Source of the DNA: a virus
Taxonomy: Duplodnaviria; Caudoviricetes
Virus record (IMG/VR): IMGVR_UViG_3300030060_004561
Coordinates: 1 to 50,734 of that record
Reading direction: 5' to 3' (one strand)
Length of the DNA: 50,734 bases
Shown: one piece after another, positions 1 through 10,181 of the stretch
How positions within the stretch are numbered: position 1 is the first letter of the stretch
Layout of the letters: each line of letters begins with the position of its first letter
Program-made: the position numbers and the translations under genes
Notes under the pieces: model-generated
Told to the model about the DNA's origin: nothing
What the model saw: only the letters and a program-made list of their open reading frames with translations
The model's database searches: none

Positions 1-1
1 A

Positions 2-319
2 AGTTCGGGTGATGCCGCGCCATTTATCTACACCGGATTCCGACCAAGGTGGATTATGGTGAAGCCCATTGATGACTCCTACGCTTGGTACATTCACGAT
101 ACCGCGAGAAGTCCTTACAACTATTCTGACAATGAGCTAGTCGCAAATACTAGCGGTTCAGAATACAGCGTTTCGGGTGCTAGTGCTGGCGAACGACTCG
201 ATATTCTTTCCAATGGATTTAAGCACCGAACCAGTAATGTTGCTATGAACGCTAACAACAAAACTATGATCTACGCGGCCTTCGCCGAGTCGCCTCTAAA
301 ATACGCCAACGCAAGATAG
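2..319 (+). CDS. C-terminal end of the LamG/SPRY tail fibre gene that starts at 47056
   Basis: GDAAPFIYTGFRPRWIMVKPIDD... is read at both contig ends; the ORF-track entry 56..319 is only its tail, ending ...MIYAAFAESPLKYANAR. Confidence 0.9.
   Translation, partial: SSGDAAPFIYTGFRPRWIMVKPIDDSYAWYIHDTARSPYNYSDNELVANTSGSEYSVSGASAGERLDILSNGFKHRTSNVAMNANNKTMIYAAFAESPLKYANAR
4..101. repeat. Terminal direct repeat (copy 1); circular assembly overlap
   Basis: 4-101 is identical to 50637-50734 (98 bp), and the reading frame of the 47056 gene is continuous across it. Confidence 0.95.
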
Positions 320-330
320 GATTTAATATT

Positions 331-777
331 ATGCCATACGTCACAAAAGAAGGTCGGGCACTCCCGATGGACAAAAGTTTTACTCACAACAACAAGGGCT
401 TTGGAGCAACGTACCTTCGCATTGCTTCATCTGAAGAAAAAGCGGCAGAAGGAATAAGCTGGGAAACGCCAGTTGAGCCGCCAGTTGTGCGCCCACCGCT
501 AAAGCGCGAGAAAGCCGACAGTGTGGCACGTCTCAAACAGACAACTTGGCAAACTTTACACCCGACAGACTGGCGCGAGCTACCAAAAAACGAGATGCCT
601 GCCGACTGGGGTGCTTGGCGCGAGGCCGTGAAAGCTGAATGCCGCCGCCTTGAGGCTGCGTTTGAGGCTGCTCAAAGCTATGAAGATTTTGATGCTGTAA
701 AGGCTGAGTGGCCTTTGTCGCCTGCAGATCAGGAACAGCAGCAAGAACAAGACGAACCCCCAGCAGAGGAAAACTAA
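331..777 (+). CDS. Tail fibre assembly chaperone-like protein
   Basis: Directly follows the tail fibre gene; YLRIASSEEKAAEGI, TDW and WREAV motifs resemble phage tail assembly chaperones. Confidence 0.55.
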   Translation: MPYVTKEGRALPMDKSFTHNNKGFGATYLRIASSEEKAAEGISWETPVEPPVVRPPLKREKADSVARLKQTTWQTLHPTDWRELPKNEMPADWGAWREAVKAECRRLEAAFEAAQSYEDFDAVKAEWPLSPADQEQQQEQDEPPAEEN

Positions 778-778
778 G

Positions 779-904
779 ATGCCTAGAGTAGGAAATAAAA
801 AGTTCGCGTACACCGCGAAGGGAAAGAAAGCCGCAGCTAAACACGCCAAGAAGGTTGGCGCAAAGATGACTAGAAACAAAATGCCACGCAAAAAAGGTTA
901 TTGA
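779..904 (+). CDS. Small basic protein, 41 aa (MPRVGNKKFAYTAKGKKAAAKHAKK...), below the ORF-track cutoff
   Basis: ATG 1 nt after the upstream stop; its TGA overlaps the next ATG (TGATG). Confidence 0.75.
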   Translation: MPRVGNKKFAYTAKGKKAAAKHAKKVGAKMTRNKMPRKKGY

Positions 905-1152
905 TGGCAGCTAAGAAGAAGAGCGTTAGCCTTAAGATGGGCAAGCATAAGAGCCGCACGGGTGGCCTTACTGCTGCTGGTCGCAAGAAGTACAACAAAG
1001 CTACTGGCTCAAACCTTAAAGCACCACAGCCCCAAGGAGGCCCACGCAAGCGGTCTTTCTGCGCTAGGATGAAGGGTGTTAAGGGGCCGATGAAGAAACC
1101 TAACGGGAAACCTACGCGCAAAGCGTTAGCTCTGCGTAAATGGAAGTGCTAA
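904..1152 (+). CDS. Small basic phage protein (GGLTAAGR...RKRSFCARM family, DUF6321-like)
   Basis: K/R-rich, with NLKAP and RSFCARM motifs seen in aquatic phage proteins; TGATG coupling. Confidence 0.7.
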   Translation: MAAKKKSVSLKMGKHKSRTGGLTAAGRKKYNKATGSNLKAPQPQGGPRKRSFCARMKGVKGPMKKPNGKPTRKALALRKWKC

Positions 1153-1155
1153 CTT

Positions 1156-2187
1156 ATGTCATTCTTCTTTGGTAACTCACCTCAAGCAGTTATGCAGACC
1201 GCCCCGTCTAGCTGGGTGGAGCAGCAGACCTTGAGGGGAATAGGCTCTAACAGGACTCGATTGTATGTAGACTACAATGGAGACCTGTACGGGCAGTTTG
1301 AGAACAATACACCAAAGAAGATAGTCAGTCTAAAAGGTGCGGGAGCCTCATCCGTTGACTCTGTCCCTATCGGGGCAGTGTTTCAATGGATTGGGGGAAC
1401 CGCTCCGTTAGGTTATTTAATGTGCGATGGCAGTGCTGCCAATAATTACCCTCAGCTTGCCGCCCTTCTCGCATCTTGGGGTGGCAGAACGCCAGACCTT
1501 AGAGGCAGATACGTAATAGGTGCGTCTAACACAACGCCATCATACACTCAAAGTTTTCCGGGGCCGCTTACAATTTCTAGCACTGGCGGAGATACTGAAT
1601 TTGTTATTGATATACAAAACGTACCGGAGCACACGCATCAAGTTGACGCAGCTAACGTAGGATTTAGTGCAGGTGACGTGGAGTTAGTAAGCGGAAGTGC
1701 ATCCTTGTCAGGCGGTGGCATCTCAGGCGGGGATGTGGATATTGGCGACCTTGATGTAAACGCAGACGCAAGTGTTACCAGTAATGCCATAACTGGAGCC
1801 GTAGACGACCCTGATTCGCCACCGATGGATGACAACTCGCAGGGCGTAACTCAAGTTGTTACTGGTTTGGATGGGAGTGGCTTCAACAGTCGCTTGTATG
1901 TGAATTTATTTTCGACAGCAAAAGACCATTGGAGTTCTTCAGAAATGGATCACAGGCACACGATTCCATCGGGAACTATAACCTCCGATGCCTCCCTGAC
2001 AGGCAGTATTAACTATACAGAACCAACCTACACTTCCCCGTCATTAACCTACGTAGACCCCACAGTAACCTACACCGCCCCAACTTTTAGTGGCGGCAAA
2101 ACAGAGCCAGCTGGAGCAAGCAACCCAAACTCAATCGAAAAACTGCCACCTTACATAGCATTAAACTTTATTATTAAGCATGATTAA
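1156..2187 (+). CDS. Tail collar domain protein
   Basis: VPIGAVFQWIGGTAPLGYLMCDGS...TPDLRGRYVIGA and C-terminal LPPYIALNFIIK are tail-collar motifs. Confidence 0.85.
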   Translation: MSFFFGNSPQAVMQTAPSSWVEQQTLRGIGSNRTRLYVDYNGDLYGQFENNTPKKIVSLKGAGASSVDSVPIGAVFQWIGGTAPLGYLMCDGSAANNYPQLAALLASWGGRTPDLRGRYVIGASNTTPSYTQSFPGPLTISSTGGDTEFVIDIQNVPEHTHQVDAANVGFSAGDVELVSGSASLSGGGISGGDVDIGDLDVNADASVTSNAITGAVDDPDSPPMDDNSQGVTQVVTGLDGSGFNSRLYVNLFSTAKDHWSSSEMDHRHTIPSGTITSDASLTGSINYTEPTYTSPSLTYVDPTVTYTAPTFSGGKTEPAGASNPNSIEKLPPYIALNFIIKHD

Positions 2188-4084
2188 CGACAGGGACAGA
2201 GTATCTGATGGGTTTCAATCCCTTGAGGGGGGCATGGATTCGGGTAAGAGCCCTTCTTTGCTTCGCCCCAACGAATGTTCCTATGCCAAGAATGTATCAT
2301 TTAGGGGTGGGTTTGCTAAGACTAGACCTTCCTTTAAGAAGATAGGGCTAACCGGAAGCGGGGCTTCTGACTTTGTAGGTAAGAAGTTCCAAGGGGCACA
2401 CTGGTTCACGACAGACACAGACGAGGGCTACATCATAGCTGTTGCTGGTGGCTTTATTTACAAGATTACTCCCCCTTCAGTAGAGGGTAATGACTGGACT
2501 GTTAAAGACGTTAGCAATGGTGCCGCCCTTAGAAGCACTCCCGACAGGGTATGGATGGTTCAAGCCAAGGAAAACTCCATTAAGAACTACTTGGTAATTC
2601 AAGACGGGATGTCTATTCCTACAATCTATGATCCTGTTGGCGGAACTAGAGTTAGCGATGTAGATAACAAAGAGGTTCCAAGGGGTAGCGGGCCTATGGC
2701 ATACGGGCATGGCAGACTTTGGGTGGCGCAGGGCAGCAACTTCTTAGCTGGAGACATAGCTAACAGCTCTACTGGAGTTTTGAAATTTACAGAAAACGAG
2801 TACATTGCTGGCGGTGGTTCATTCAGAGTCCCTCTAGGCTCTGGAGATATTACGGCTATGGAGTTTACCAACTCCCCCAACAATGGGCTTGGGCAAGGTG
2901 AGCTTTTCGTGTTCACGCAGAATGGGGCTGTAAGCGTAAGCGTTCCAGCCAATAGGTACGACTGGTTTGCTGCAACAGACCCAGCACAGAGAGTTGTTTT
3001 AATTAACAACGGCTCTATGTCCCAGTTCTCCACGGACTTGGTTAACGGGGACATCTTGTTCCGAGCCAAGGATGGTATTCGTTCGCTGATTATGGCCGTC
3101 AGAGACTTTAATCAATACGGCAACACCCCCATAAGCAGAGAGGTTAATAGAGTTTTAGAGGATGATGACCCTGCTCACTTTAAGTACACCAGTGGGGTAC
3201 TGTTTGATAACAGATACCTTCTGACAACGAACTCCTCTGAGGACTCGACTAAAGGAGTCGGCTTCAAGGGGGTGATTGCCTTAGACTTTGATTTAATATC
3301 TGGCATGGGGCAAAAGTCTCAGCCAGCGTATGACGGATACTGGAAGCTAGACGTTACTAGGACTGTGGGTGGGGCCAGCACTACTGTTAACATAGAGTGG
3401 ATGACGCTAATTACTGGGCTCGTAGATTCCGTAGAGCAATGTTTTTGCTTCGGGCGTCAGGGGAAGTTAACTGTTAACGATAGCTTGTCTGCTGCGGGTG
3501 ACACCGAGATGTGGGTGTTAAGCCGAGGAGAGTCAACTGGGATTTTTGATGAAGATGGCACGACTGATAATAAGATCACATCAGAGATAGAAACTTCTTC
3601 TTATAATTTCGGTGTTCCGGGTGGAGCCAAACAACTGGAAAGCGCAGACCTTTGGGTTGATAGCGTTACTGGCGGGGTGGTTAGCTTTAGCGCATACTTT
3701 CACCCCGACCAGTATCCAGCTTGGATCGGATGGCAGGACTGGAACATTGATGCAGCCTATAAAGACTGCGGCACAGACGTTTCTACTGTGTGTAACGGTG
3801 GCACGGCGTACATACCTCAGACATACCTCCCACAATACAGGCCGCGAATGAGTATTGGCTCGCCGCCAGCTGGCTCTATCGACGCATCCGGTCACACGTA
3901 CAATTACGGATTTGAATTTGCCGCCAGATTAAAATGGACTGGAAGGGCTAGAATTAAGATGTTTAAGCTCAATGCGCGTAATGTGCCAGAGGTTCCGTAC
4001 GCAGAAGTTGACGCAATAGACAGCACGCAGAAGAAGATAACAACCGTTTGCGAAGATGGAGAACTTAGAATACCGGAGATTTAA
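2180..4084 (+). CDS. Tail tubular protein B / stabilization (nozzle) protein
   Basis: 634 aa, beta-rich; AKNVSFRGG, YGHGRLWVA and PISREVN motifs; position in the tail module. Confidence 0.65.
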   Translation: MINDRDRVSDGFQSLEGGMDSGKSPSLLRPNECSYAKNVSFRGGFAKTRPSFKKIGLTGSGASDFVGKKFQGAHWFTTDTDEGYIIAVAGGFIYKITPPSVEGNDWTVKDVSNGAALRSTPDRVWMVQAKENSIKNYLVIQDGMSIPTIYDPVGGTRVSDVDNKEVPRGSGPMAYGHGRLWVAQGSNFLAGDIANSSTGVLKFTENEYIAGGGSFRVPLGSGDITAMEFTNSPNNGLGQGELFVFTQNGAVSVSVPANRYDWFAATDPAQRVVLINNGSMSQFSTDLVNGDILFRAKDGIRSLIMAVRDFNQYGNTPISREVNRVLEDDDPAHFKYTSGVLFDNRYLLTTNSSEDSTKGVGFKGVIALDFDLISGMGQKSQPAYDGYWKLDVTRTVGGASTTVNIEWMTLITGLVDSVEQCFCFGRQGKLTVNDSLSAAGDTEMWVLSRGESTGIFDEDGTTDNKITSEIETSSYNFGVPGGAKQLESADLWVDSVTGGVVSFSAYFHPDQYPAWIGWQDWNIDAAYKDCGTDVSTVCNGGTAYIPQTYLPQYRPRMSIGSPPAGSIDASGHTYNYGFEFAARLKWTGRARIKMFKLNARNVPEVPYAEVDAIDSTQKKITTVCEDGELRIPEI

Positions 4085-4086
4085 TC

Positions 4087-4869
4087 ATGTCATGCACTAA
4101 CATTACAACTGGAGGCACTGTTGACCTTACCAGCGGAACCTTGCCTAGCAACTTTTGTCACACCAGCTGGCAAAACACATACAACGCTTTTGTATCAGCG
4201 ACCTCAGTTAGCTTTGAAGACGGTGCTGTATTTTCTGCTGGATCAACAGCTCCTGACAACACTGGTCACATATGGCTAAAGCAAAACCCAAGCGGGTGTG
4301 CCCCTATGGGGTGGTACTACCACGATGGGACAGACTGGAACAGCCCAGTCCCAGTTCCGCAGGAATCTTTGCCTAGCGGTGTGGTTACTGCTGGCACTAA
4401 GGGTTCTTCTACTAAGAATGCAGTCATTACTGTGGATACATACGGACGAGTAACCTCTCTAACTGAGGTAGACCCTACGGCTGAGTCCACCGATGGACAC
4501 GCTAAGGCTTGGGTTCAGTTTCAGCACAGTGAAATCTCGTCGCTCCCTGCCAGCAAGAACTACAACGTGTCAGCCATAACAACTACCGGGACTGGATTCT
4601 ACAACATAGTCACGGCCACTGGCCTGTTCAGTAACGTGTGTGTGTGTGTGGCTAGTCACCCCGGATTCGGCACAGACCAGTCACAATCATCCGCATCGTA
4701 CACTGGAGCAGATCACGTAAAGGTTCTCAGCTCTACGGTTGCTGGCGATGGTAGTGCTACTATTTCTATCGAGCTTCCGAGAATGCAAAATGATGGCGGA
4801 GGGACTTGGGACAATAATTATGGTGATGCCCCAACAGCTGGCGTTAACGTGGTGATGTTTGGGAACTAG
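4087..4869 (+). CDS. Putative tail/structural protein
   Basis: S/T/G-rich; ITVDTYGRVT fibre-like repeat; AKAWVQF...NYNVSAITTTGTGFY motif. Confidence 0.55.
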   Translation: MSCTNITTGGTVDLTSGTLPSNFCHTSWQNTYNAFVSATSVSFEDGAVFSAGSTAPDNTGHIWLKQNPSGCAPMGWYYHDGTDWNSPVPVPQESLPSGVVTAGTKGSSTKNAVITVDTYGRVTSLTEVDPTAESTDGHAKAWVQFQHSEISSLPASKNYNVSAITTTGTGFYNIVTATGLFSNVCVCVASHPGFGTDQSQSSASYTGADHVKVLSSTVAGDGSATISIELPRMQNDGGGTWDNNYGDAPTAGVNVVMFGN

Positions 4870-4879
4870 GGTGTATAAG

Positions 4880-5320
4880 ATGGCGACTAATTACATATAC
4901 AAACAAAAGAACCCAGACACTGGAGAGGATATGGACAGGGTTGGGATGATAACCATATTCAATGACTCTGAAATGCACAGGGTTCCAGACGGGGCTATTG
5001 AGGTCGGCGAAGCTCCAGTAGAGGAAGACCCCGAAGGAGCTTACTTTGATGCTTGGAGGCTCCAGCAGAACGGCACAGTTAAAATAGACCTAGAAGCTGC
5101 CAAGGAGATTAGGCTTAAATACCTTAAAAAAAGAAGAAGCAATTTACTGGAAAGAATAGACCAACTTCAGTTTAGAGCGCATTGCTCCGATGATAAGGAA
5201 GAAATACAAAAATTAGAGAAGACAAAAAACGAGCTTAGGGATTTTCCCGACAAAATAAACTGGAACGTAATTCACAATCTTAATGATGTTAAACACATAT
5301 TGCCGCCATGTTTAATCTAA
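4880..5320 (+). CDS. Tail fibre assembly-like protein
   Basis: YFDAW, IDLEAAKEIR and KNELRDFP motifs; start moved to ATG 4880. Confidence 0.5.
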   Translation: MATNYIYKQKNPDTGEDMDRVGMITIFNDSEMHRVPDGAIEVGEAPVEEDPEGAYFDAWRLQQNGTVKIDLEAAKEIRLKYLKKRRSNLLERIDQLQFRAHCSDDKEEIQKLEKTKNELRDFPDKINWNVIHNLNDVKHILPPCLI

Positions 5321-6003
5321 AACCACAAATAGATGTTCCATTAAGTTTGGGGCAAATAGTAAGCAACGAAGCTATGGCGGCTCCGATTATTAGCTTAGAG
5401 GGGGACGAGAAATTTGAAAACATAGACAGTAAGCCTCAGTCTATAGAGTGGGAGGAGGATCGTGAAAGAATGAAAGTCACGACCAAGCTGCCGCCAAAAC
5501 TTTTAGAACTGCTCGGAGGGAAATGGATTAACTCTGAGCATGAAACCGAAGAGCCCTGCTTAGAAACTGCGGCATCTATGACCTCACCGTCTGCTCTTGA
5601 GAAGATGGAAAAGAATGTCAAAATGGCTAAGAGCAGGTGCCTCAGAAAGCTAATTGTTCCGAGGCCAAGGCTTATCCCGCTGGTGTACGAGCTTAGTACC
5701 ATATGGCCTAAGTCCAGCATACAGCTGTCTGGAATGTTCGTTTATCCTAAAGAGGGTGGGTATATGGGGTGGCACACAAACAGCGACTCTCCATGCACAA
5801 GAGTATACATATCCCATGTAAAAGAGGGCGGAAAGTCATTCTTCCGCTACCGTTTGGACGGCGAATATGTTACAAGTTGGGATAAGGCAGGGTGGAATAT
5901 GCGTTGCTTTGAGGTAACCAAGGAAAACCCTATGTGGCATTGCGTTTACGCTGAAGAAGACAGGCTGTCTGTTGGGTTTAGAATTAACAGGAATTTACTA
6001 TGA
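5308..6003 (+). CDS. 2OG-Fe(II) oxygenase-like / cupin-fold protein
   Basis: YPKEGGYMGWHTNSD...WHCV...RLSVGF: HxN...H metal triad plus distal Arg. Confidence 0.65.
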   Translation: MFNLKPQIDVPLSLGQIVSNEAMAAPIISLEGDEKFENIDSKPQSIEWEEDRERMKVTTKLPPKLLELLGGKWINSEHETEEPCLETAASMTSPSALEKMEKNVKMAKSRCLRKLIVPRPRLIPLVYELSTIWPKSSIQLSGMFVYPKEGGYMGWHTNSDSPCTRVYISHVKEGGKSFFRYRLDGEYVTSWDKAGWNMRCFEVTKENPMWHCVYAEEDRLSVGFRINRNLL

Positions 6004-7013
6004 AGTTACTTCTTAAAGATGTGAAATCTGATTGCGCTAAGGTGCTCTCAATGAGCAGCACTGACTCTCGTGTAGTTGATTATATCAATGAGGCGCAAGA
6101 GCGGCTGCTATACAAGGGCAAGTGGCCCGGAACCTACATTAGGTACGAGGTTACTCAGAGCAATGGCGCGATTACTTGGCCACGGCAGCTTGAGACAATA
6201 GAGTCAGTGGCCGTTGCGGGGGCATCCGGTAAAGTAAGAGATGGGTGGTATGAGTTCTTGGAGTCTGGGCCGGGACTTAGGGACAAAGATAGCGAAGACT
6301 CACTAACTCTTATAGATAGGGGCACGGCTCCTGCGTTCTCAGACATCGTCACCTCGGATGAGGTTGAGAAGAAGCTGCGAGTTCGCATTAAGTCGGCAGA
6401 CAATGTGTCAACTAAGTCCATAATCCTGCAGGGCTACGACGAGAATGGTGAGTGGATACGTACCACAAGTGACGGGGCGGTAATAGACGGAGAGAAGGTA
6501 ACCTTTGGTGGTGCAACTGACGGGGACTCAGACGGATGGTTTGATGTTGATACTACCAACAAATTTCAAGCTCTGTCTGCTGTTATCAAAGATAAGACCG
6601 ACTACTCGGTAAAGATTTTAGAGATTGAGGCCACTGGCACGGTCACTGAAAGGCTGATCGCGCAGTATGAGCCATCTGAAACACATCCCGAATACAGACG
6701 CTCGCTAATACCCGGACTTTCTGATACCAATACCACAGTTGCGGTGACTGTTATCGGTAAAGCAAGGTTCATTCCAGCATCCGAAGACAATGACTGGCTA
6801 TACATAGATGTTAGGTCAGCAATCAAGGAGATGGTTATAAGCATAAGCATGGCTGAAAAGAATATGCTGCAAGAAGCAATAGCTTTTGAGCAGCGAGCGA
6901 TTGGAATCCTAGAAGACTACCTAATGCACTACCTCGGTGAGGGGGCTATTGTTGTGCCACGTATTCAAGGCACGGCCTCCGAGACTGCTGCGGGTGTACA
7001 AAATCTACAGTAA
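6000..7013 (+). CDS. Tail tubular protein A / head-tail adaptor-like
   Basis: N-terminal VVDYINEAQERL helix and size typical of podovirus adaptors; precedes the ejection genes. Confidence 0.55.
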   Translation: MKLLLKDVKSDCAKVLSMSSTDSRVVDYINEAQERLLYKGKWPGTYIRYEVTQSNGAITWPRQLETIESVAVAGASGKVRDGWYEFLESGPGLRDKDSEDSLTLIDRGTAPAFSDIVTSDEVEKKLRVRIKSADNVSTKSIILQGYDENGEWIRTTSDGAVIDGEKVTFGGATDGDSDGWFDVDTTNKFQALSAVIKDKTDYSVKILEIEATGTVTERLIAQYEPSETHPEYRRSLIPGLSDTNTTVAVTVIGKARFIPASEDNDWLYIDVRSAIKEMVISISMAEKNMLQEAIAFEQRAIGILEDYLMHYLGEGAIVVPRIQGTASETAAGVQNLQ

Positions 7014-7015
7014 TT

Positions 7016-7786
7016 ATGAAACCTTACAACGCTGCCGAAATTCCTGAGTACACCCCGCTTGATCAGCGCGGAGAGTACGAGAACTGGATGAAGATGATGT
7101 CTGAGACCGAAGACGACAGAAGGCGTCTCGGTGAGCAGAAGATGGAAACACTTGACTCACTGCTCAGTAAGATTCCGGGCTTCAAGGAAATGCAGAGCAA
7201 CCTCACCAACATGGTTAACCGTATGTCTACTGGGCAGTTAACCGAAACGCATCAACAGGTTCTTGAAGCAGAAGCTGGTGGCCTGCGACAGCGGATGGGG
7301 CTGCAAGGCAGTCAGGCTGGACTAAACATGACGCTTGCCTCATTCGGCAGGGCGGGTTTGCAGGCACAGCAGACTGCTATAGGGATGATACCCCAGCTTA
7401 TGTCCAATCTTAAAACATCCTTCATGGGAAACATAGCTAACGACCCATCAGTGATGGGGCCGAGCTATTCTCAATGGAGCGCGCAGGCGCAGGCAGATCA
7501 CCGTGACATTTACGATTCTCGTGTGGCTCAAACGCAAGCAACGCACCAAGCCAATATGCTTAATACTCAATACAATATACAGCAGGCTGAAATGGCAAGG
7601 GCTAGATCAGAAATGAATGCAGCTAATGCTGCGGCAGAAGCGAGGGCCAACAGGATGGCTGCTATGCAAACTCAAAACATGGTCGCATCTCAGAACGCTG
7701 CTTCTTACGGCGCAGCACTCTCAAGCAGTAGCAATCCGTTTACTGGAGGTCTTCGCGGATACCTAGACCGCCGTGCTGCGGTGTAA
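7016..7786 (+). CDS. Putative internal virion (ejection) protein
   Basis: Q/M/A-rich helical protein between the adaptor and the large virion proteins. Confidence 0.5.
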   Translation: MKPYNAAEIPEYTPLDQRGEYENWMKMMSETEDDRRRLGEQKMETLDSLLSKIPGFKEMQSNLTNMVNRMSTGQLTETHQQVLEAEAGGLRQRMGLQGSQAGLNMTLASFGRAGLQAQQTAIGMIPQLMSNLKTSFMGNIANDPSVMGPSYSQWSAQAQADHRDIYDSRVAQTQATHQANMLNTQYNIQQAEMARARSEMNAANAAAEARANRMAAMQTQNMVASQNAASYGAALSSSSNPFTGGLRGYLDRRAAV

Positions 7787-7805
7787 AATTTAACTTGGAT
7801 TTATC

Positions 7806-10175
7806 ATGGCTGAAAGAATTAGACCAATTAACGTAGCTCAATACCTGCCGTCTGACGTGGCGGGACTGCAGGGTCGTCGTCAGGCTGTCGATGAGTTCAA
7901 CACTATGAAGCGTGTCGAGTCTCAGAAGATGGCGGAGGCTCAAGAGTTTGTTAACACACAGCTGAGGCAGATGGAGTCTGCAAAGCGTATGGCCGCAGAG
8001 CAGCAAAGGCTGGCACTGCAGGCTCAAGAACTTGAGGCCAACAAGAGACGCATGGCGCATCAGATGCGACTTGAGAACGCGCAGCTAGGCCACAAGATTG
8101 AGATGGATAATGCGGAGCTAGAGATGACTCAGCGTATGTTGCCGCATGAGCTTGCTGCTATGCAGATAGATAACATGGGTCGTATGCTTGAGAATGATGC
8201 GAAGGAGATTCGCAACCAGTACGCTCACGAAAGGGAGAAGTCTGATCTTATAGCCCAAGGTCTGAATAATAGGATCAATCAGAATAAACTTAAAGATTAC
8301 GCTAAAACTCAAAGCGAGCTTGCTCGTCTAGTAGAGTACGAGGACGCAGTGAGAGCGCACACGGAGAGCGGCAGGGCTGCAACTGACTTTGAATGGGAAG
8401 GCAAACCCTTCGTAACGCAAGAAGGCATCGATGGAACCAAGCGCATAATGACGCAGGTGACAGGAGCAGCGTCAGTTAAGCAGCAAGAGAAAGAGAACAC
8501 TGACAACTGGAATACTTATTCCACACTCAAGGCACCGCAGCAAGCAGCCATCGACGCAGTCAGGGTAGACCCAATTACTGGTTTGCCGATGCGAACAGGA
8601 AAGCAGTATGTAACTGCTGACGGCAAGTCCTTTACTGAAGACGGTCAAGAGTTAATCTCAAGACTGGCACGTCAGAACAAATTTAATAATGGATCGGGCC
8701 TTACCCCTGCTGACAAGGAGGAGCTGAGATCACCGACAACGCCAGATGACTGGTGGGAAGACCTTGGTAACGGCAGCGTAGCTCTGACTGAAAAAGGTCT
8801 TGCAGAATGGCAGAAGAGGGAAGACTTCCTCACGGAGCCTTGGGACGAAGAGAAGAAGACTGATGAGCTAGATGCAGCTGGCAATGTAATAAAATCTACC
8901 GTCGAGTACGTGCCTATGGACAAGCGCGAGATGGATGCGAAGAAGGAAATATGGAATGAGGAGCGAGATCAGCACATAAAGCTCGCCGCAGAGATGCCTG
9001 AGATGGGCGTGTTCAATCCCTCAAAAGAAAAACGCGCTCAGATGAGCTTGGACGCTAGAATGAGAGCTGGCGTAGAAGTTAGAGGCGCAGCCGAAGCTGC
9101 GCGTGAGTTCCAAAAGGGTAACAGGAATGCCTTCATCCGAGACGATCAAAGCCATCCGCATTTCCTTATCAACTTGGATGTCAACCAAGATGGCGATCTC
9201 TCCGAAGAAGAAGTTAATCGGGTGGCGGCAGCTGAAGGGCTGAATGGTGACAACAGACTTACTCCACAGGACGTTGAGCCATCACCCACAGCCTCGGATG
9301 TAACCAGCTTACTAGAGGGTGCAGTAAGTGGAATGACAGGCCCAGAGGGTTCGGACTTGATGAGCGCACGGAGCCTAGTCGCCCAAAAGGACGGCAACAT
9401 TGCTTACCCCGATGGCCAAACCAACATCGACAAGAAGAAGTGGGATAAAAGCGTTATGGGTCGTCAGGCAGAGTTCAAGGAACAGCTAACGAAGCCGACC
9501 AGTTGGAACCCAGACTATAGCAACGATGAACTAGACAGAGGATATGGTCTCTCGGAATCTGAAGCCAATGAGGTATTGGATTTAGTTAAGGCAGCGTTCC
9601 TTAACAACGAAGATTTCCTACAGGAATCGCCTGCGTTGAAAGAGATGGGCACGTCTCACAACTTGCGCCACCACATAAACTGGGCTGTTGATTACTACGC
9701 TAATAAGTATGCTAACAAAGACAGGCAGTCACTGGCTACTGCGCTTGGGTTTAACGACCATTTTGAGGGAGGCATATTCCCCACCAAGCTCTTTGAGAAT
9801 AAATCCAGACGCGAGTACCAAGAGATAATCCATACGGAAGTACCTGACGCTAAGATTAAATTAAAGGGCGGGAAGACTATTACCGTAAGGAAGTTCCTTG
9901 AGGAGAACAGGTCACCCCAAGACCTTAAGGATGCAGAGATTGAGTTCTCGATGGCAAAAGAAAACATCACGGAATGGGGCAACCCTGACGCACCTACACA
10001 GGGTGCAATCCATGATGAGAACAGAAAACGATTCAATAGTACGATTAAGCTGCGCTTCCTAAGTGACTCTCTAGGTACTATTAAGCGTGAGCTGCAAAAG
10101 TCGGTAGCTTCTGCCGACAAGCTGAAGCGTTTTGCAAAGCTCATGGTTTACTCCAAGGGCGAATACAACGATTAA
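7806..10175 (+). CDS. Putative internal virion protein with an EF-hand-like loop
   Basis: 789 aa; coiled-coil N-terminus; DVNQDGDLSEEE at 9177-9212. Confidence 0.55.
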   Translation: MAERIRPINVAQYLPSDVAGLQGRRQAVDEFNTMKRVESQKMAEAQEFVNTQLRQMESAKRMAAEQQRLALQAQELEANKRRMAHQMRLENAQLGHKIEMDNAELEMTQRMLPHELAAMQIDNMGRMLENDAKEIRNQYAHEREKSDLIAQGLNNRINQNKLKDYAKTQSELARLVEYEDAVRAHTESGRAATDFEWEGKPFVTQEGIDGTKRIMTQVTGAASVKQQEKENTDNWNTYSTLKAPQQAAIDAVRVDPITGLPMRTGKQYVTADGKSFTEDGQELISRLARQNKFNNGSGLTPADKEELRSPTTPDDWWEDLGNGSVALTEKGLAEWQKREDFLTEPWDEEKKTDELDAAGNVIKSTVEYVPMDKREMDAKKEIWNEERDQHIKLAAEMPEMGVFNPSKEKRAQMSLDARMRAGVEVRGAAEAAREFQKGNRNAFIRDDQSHPHFLINLDVNQDGDLSEEEVNRVAAAEGLNGDNRLTPQDVEPSPTASDVTSLLEGAVSGMTGPEGSDLMSARSLVAQKDGNIAYPDGQTNIDKKKWDKSVMGRQAEFKEQLTKPTSWNPDYSNDELDRGYGLSESEANEVLDLVKAAFLNNEDFLQESPALKEMGTSHNLRHHINWAVDYYANKYANKDRQSLATALGFNDHFEGGIFPTKLFENKSRREYQEIIHTEVPDAKIKLKGGKTITVRKFLEENRSPQDLKDAEIEFSMAKENITEWGNPDAPTQGAIHDENRKRFNSTIKLRFLSDSLGTIKRELQKSVASADKLKRFAKLMVYSKGEYND

Positions 10176-10181
10176 AATAAA

